Source of the DNA: Candidatus Altimarinota bacterium
Lineage (GTDB): Bacteria; Patescibacteriota; Gracilibacteria; UBA4473
Direction: 5' to 3'
Assembly (NCBI GenBank): GCA_020630245.1
Contig: JAHDBZ010000001.1
Span: 60,402-95,322, forward strand
Length of the DNA: 34,921 bases
The position numbers and the translations under genes were made by a program. This document shows positions 32,426 to 34,921 of this stretch, piece after piece (the first letter of the stretch is position 1; every line of letters begins with the position of its first letter). The notes beneath the pieces were generated by a model. It did not search any database and was not told the DNA's origin. It was given only the letters and a program-made list of their open reading frames with translations.

Positions 32426-33502
32426 ATGCAATGGTTTAAAAATAAATGGTTAAAACTCCGTCATCGCCTCGGCCTAGGAGCTATTGAGTGGGATATGACA
32501 CTTGATAAAGTGTTTGATCGACTCGCGATCATGAAGCAGGAACCAGAACAAAAACAAACCATTTCGATTCGAGTAGTAGAAGACGCCAAGATCGGTTGGC
32601 TCTACTGGATGGAGCTGACACTATCGGTGCTGATTGCGACCTTCGGTTTGCTCCAAAACTCGGTAGCGGTGATCATCGGAGCGATGCTGATCGCCCCGTT
32701 TTTGCGACCGATTCAGGGAGTGGCCTTTGCGATCGCCAATGGCCGACGGAAGCTCCTCTGGAACACGCTACAGACACTGACGATTAGTACGTTGTACTCG
32801 ATTTTTTTGGCTTGGTTAGTGCTCGGACTGGTGCCCTACGCGGAGGTGACACCAGAGATACTGAGTCGAACGGCTCCCAACACTTTTGACCTTTTCATCG
32901 CGATCTTCTCGGCGATGGTAGCGAGTCTCGCTCATGCCTATCAACGATTATATGAAAGTGTGGCTGGGGTGGCGATGGCGACCGCAATTGTCCCGCCGCT
33001 GGCGGTGATCGGGATCATGATTTTCTTTGGAGACTTTACGTTGGCGTGGGGTAGTTTTGTGCTCTACCTAACTAACCTCGTGGCGATTCTCTTGATCGGA
33101 GTAGTGATGTTTATCTTCTATGGCTTTAACCCGCACAAACAAGAATCAGAGTCCTCTCTCAAACGAATTGGGATTTTGTTTTTAGTTACGTTTGTGTTGT
33201 GGTTTGTGCTGAGTTCTGGTCTGCAAAAGATCGAAGAAAATCGTACCTTGCAAAAGAGTACGTATCAAACGCTGCTGCAGACTTTGGACAAAGATCTTCC
33301 AGGAGCTAAGGTCAAAGACTTCGAAATCATTGAGACCAAGGAAGGTCACACCATCAATGGACAACTGTTTGTCGATGATCAAACGCGGATCACGCATGGG
33401 AAGCTTAAGGACATCAAATCTGGACTCTCTGAAAAACTCGGTCGAGACTTTGAGCTCGAGCTCGATATCGTGCGGACGGTGAGTATCGAAGGAGAAGAGT
33501 AA
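32426..33502 (+). CDS. DUF389 family (TIGR00341-like) integral membrane protein
   Basis: 358 aa. LIATFGLLQNSVAVIIGAMLIAPFLRPI and repeated hydrophobic helices are typical of DUF389. Confidence 0.55.
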   Translation: MQWFKNKWLKLRHRLGLGAIEWDMTLDKVFDRLAIMKQEPEQKQTISIRVVEDAKIGWLYWMELTLSVLIATFGLLQNSVAVIIGAMLIAPFLRPIQGVAFAIANGRRKLLWNTLQTLTISTLYSIFLAWLVLGLVPYAEVTPEILSRTAPNTFDLFIAIFSAMVASLAHAYQRLYESVAGVAMATAIVPPLAVIGIMIFFGDFTLAWGSFVLYLTNLVAILLIGVVMFIFYGFNPHKQESESSLKRIGILFLVTFVLWFVLSSGLQKIEENRTLQKSTYQTLLQTLDKDLPGAKVKDFEIIETKEGHTINGQLFVDDQTRITHGKLKDIKSGLSEKLGRDFELELDIVRTVSIEGEE

Positions 33503-33526
33503 GTATGAAGAGAGAAGTGTGAAGTA

Positions 33527-33608
33527 AGTGAGACTCAGCGAGTTTGCGAGTTGTTAGTCGAACTTATCCTGAGCAAACGATCTTGAGTTTGTCGAAGCGA
33601 AGGATCTT
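33527..33608 (+). repeat. Intergenic repeat family, copy B (82 nt)
   Basis: AGTGAGACTCAGCGAGTTTGCGAGTTGTTAGTCGAACTTATCCTGAGCAAACGATCTTGAGTTTGTCGAAGCGAAGGATCTT. It is preceded by NNNGAAG heptamers at 33504-33524, downstream of the DUF389 stop. Confidence 0.85.
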
Positions 33609-33623
33609 CAAAAAGACCTTAAC

Positions 33624-33652
33624 TTGACTTGCGCGTCCATCTGTGAATAATG
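33624..33652 (+). promoter_or_regulatory. Strong-looking promoter TTGACT-17-(TGa)ATAATG
   Basis: TTGACT at 33624-33629, extended -10 TG at 33644-33645 and ATAATG at 33647-33652. Confidence 0.55.
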
Positions 33653-33661
33653 AGTCTCGGT

Positions 33662-33712
33662 ATGCACAACGCAATTTCTTTCATTATTGAAATTATTATC
33701 GACCGCTCCTAG
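33662..33712 (+). CDS. Candidate Ile-rich leader peptide MHNAISFIIEIIIDRS (or 20 aa from ATG 33650)
   Basis: A mini-ORF with 6 Ile in 9 consecutive codons (33674-33700), lying between the promoter and a strong terminator. It could instead be the non-coding part of a small RNA. Confidence 0.3.
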   Translation: MHNAISFIIEIIIDRS

Positions 33713-33748
33713 AGCAATCGAGTGCCTTGTGTAAATCAAAGTTTCCTC

Positions 33749-33778
33749 TCGATCTGCTCCAACAGGTCGATTTTTTTT
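33749..33778 (+). terminator. Intrinsic terminator immediately upstream of the 120-aa ORF
   Basis: TCGATCTG (33749-33756) pairs with CAGGTCGA (33763-33770) for 8 bp with one G-U. The loop is 6 nt and T8 follows at 33771-33778. Confidence 0.75.
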
Positions 33779-33789
33779 AACTAAATATT

Positions 33790-34152
33790 ATGACAACACC
33801 AGATGACTTACCGGTTAATGTGAGCGATTACTTAGAAGCCGCTCATGAATCAACATTAGCACTGCCTGAACAACTTGCAGATATGATTAGCTTTGAGATG
33901 AACTTCTTGGGTAAGCACATAGGTAAGATGCCAGACCGCACTGAGTATGATTTGGCGCCAGAGTGTAAATGTACTGTGCGGCGGATTGATAGGGTGATCG
34001 TGGTTCGTCCCTACAAGGATCTTCCGCCGATGCCTGATCAATTTGATTTTGCTACCGGGAGAGATCTTGCGTCAGACGTTCGCAATGAAATAGTTGGGGG
34101 ATTGGAGCACGTTATAGCGTATCCGCATCAAGTATTACCAAGGCAGGGATAG
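33790..34152 (+). CDS. Hypothetical protein
   Basis: 120-aa ORF with no recognisable motif, starting 12 nt after the terminator T-run. Confidence 0.45.
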   Translation: MTTPDDLPVNVSDYLEAAHESTLALPEQLADMISFEMNFLGKHIGKMPDRTEYDLAPECKCTVRRIDRVIVVRPYKDLPPMPDQFDFATGRDLASDVRNEIVGGLEHVIAYPHQVLPRQG

Positions 34153-34170
34153 CCTTTTTGCCAGACTTTT

Positions 34171-34216
34171 AAAACCGGGTTTGGACAGGTTGCGTTTGAT
34201 CTCAAAACCCGGTTTT
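34171..34216. terminator. Bidirectional hairpin between convergent genes
   Basis: A perfect 12-bp inverted repeat, AAAACCGGGTTT (34171-34182) and AAACCCGGTTTT (34205-34216), with a 22-nt loop. Confidence 0.6.
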
Positions 34217-34228
34217 GGTTTAGCTAAT

Positions 34229-34474
34229 TTAACCTTGCCGCTTGATCCACCACGCCTTCAGTGGTTTTAGGGTGAGAGTTGAGAAAAGATAGCCTACGGT
34301 TGGTACGAGTGCCGCCAGCCAATAATTAGGAGCATCTATGGTGTAGAGAAACAGGACTGCAAAACCATAGGTAATAGCAGCGATGCTGGCTTTCCGTACC
34401 CAGCTGGTCTCCCAAGCTTTGTCGAGCTCAACTTTACGGTTTCTCTTAGTTATTTGATCAATATTTGTGTTCAT
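34229..34474 (-). CDS. Small two-TM membrane protein, hypothetical
   Basis: 81 aa with two hydrophobic helices. It starts 1 nt after the stop of the upstream TSUP gene on the same strand. Confidence 0.5.
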   Translation of the reverse strand: MNTNIDQITKRNRKVELDKAWETSWVRKASIAAITYGFAVLFLYTIDAPNYWLAALVPTVGYLFSTLTLKPLKAWWIKRQG

Positions 34475-34475
34475 G

Positions 34476-34921
34476 TTATTTGAAGATCATCCAAGCACTT
34501 GTCAGTATACCGATTATGAAGGAGGCACGCATGATTGATTTTTGGATGTGCGGCGGGAATTTCTTCATCTTGGAGAGGAATCGACCAGCGATGATCCCAC
34601 CAAATACACTTCCAATGATCAATGGTACGACAATGGTCCAAATCAGGTTTCCGTGGAAGTAATGAGCGATGACGGCGGCCAGACTACTAAAGAAAGTAAT
34701 GGTTTGAATTTGGATCTTGAGATAGCCAATTTGATCGTCTGTATCAGCTTTTATCCGCAGGAGTGATAGGAGCATGATTTTGCTTGAGGCGCCGATGAGT
34801 CCGGTGTAGATACCGTAGAAAATCTCAAGGAAGTAAAAATTTCGTTCAGAAACAAATCGTTTTATCAGACTCGCGGATTCAGCAATGGCAAAGGCTAGTA
34901 TCAGTAGCGGCAATATCCAGA
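34476..34921 (-). CDS. TSUP family (TauE/SafE) membrane protein, 5' end beyond the window
   Basis: The track's start at 34913 is a TTG inside an ORF that stays open to the window edge. The C-terminal GSVFGGIIAGRFLSK motif and hydrophobic helices resemble the protein at 1169-1924. Confidence 0.55.
   Translation of the reverse strand, partial: WILPLLILAFAIAESASLIKRFVSERNFYFLEIFYGIYTGLIGASSKIMLLSLLRIKADTDDQIGYLKIQIQTITFFSSLAAVIAHYFHGNLIWTIVVPLIIGSVFGGIIAGRFLSKMKKFPPHIQKSIMRASFIIGILTSAWMIFK

Noticed and set aside
1-34921. Alternative genetic code (UGA as Gly or Trp, as in some candidate phyla)
   Set aside because: Long conserved genes are uninterrupted under the standard code. TGA is used as a genuine stop (PBP at 26940, PabB-like at 18485) at positions consistent with the protein family ends.

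Overview
Gene-dense, mostly housekeeping chromosome segment read with the standard genetic code (long intact ORFs; TGA, TAA and TAG all serve as stops). By inference only, it comes from a small-genome monoderm-type bacterium, possibly CPR/Patescibacteria-like. The supporting traits are an LPXTG sortase substrate, almost no Shine-Dalgarno motifs, Lys/Ala-rich tails on ribosomal proteins and tiny intergenic gaps. Genes recognised: an edge-truncated photolyase (missing from the ORF track), TSUP exporters at both window ends, and an operon of a ConA-like protein, TVP38/DedA and a pyridine-nucleotide-disulfide oxidoreductase. Also a mini trypsin-like protease, rpsO-pnp, a DtxR-family repressor divergent from an FTR1 iron permease with a palindromic operator, dnaA, purA, an LPXTG surface protein and rpmE. 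Then a Lys-rich membrane protein, the rpmF-nusB-rnc-PabB-like-lspA cluster, rpsT, tmRNA, two TrmB-type regulators flanking an unknown 297/298-aa gene, and a long RSH (Rel) translationally coupled to a stand-alone HD alarmone hydrolase. Finally PBP2/FtsI, an MGMT domain protein, two tandem MscS paralogs, an aspartokinase-like gene, a truncated SufD-like gene and a DUF389 protein. Five things seem most worth following up. (1) A 20-codon leader peptide whose residues 4-13 are all aspartate-family amino acids (TMITITTKKT), with mutually exclusive helices and an intrinsic terminator upstream of the aspartokinase-like gene. (2) A second promoter, Ile-rich mini-ORF and terminator unit upstream of an unknown gene. 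(3) A three-copy 62-82 nt intergenic repeat family, always co-oriented with transcription. (4) 7-8 nt tandem repeat arrays at many gene junctions, including a ~100-nt imperfect inverted array directly upstream of rnc and one array inside a CDS. (5) The tmRNA-adjacent TrmB / unknown / TrmB module, which abuts the rel-SAH operon. All structure and homology statements come from reading the sequence by eye; no searches or folding programs were run.
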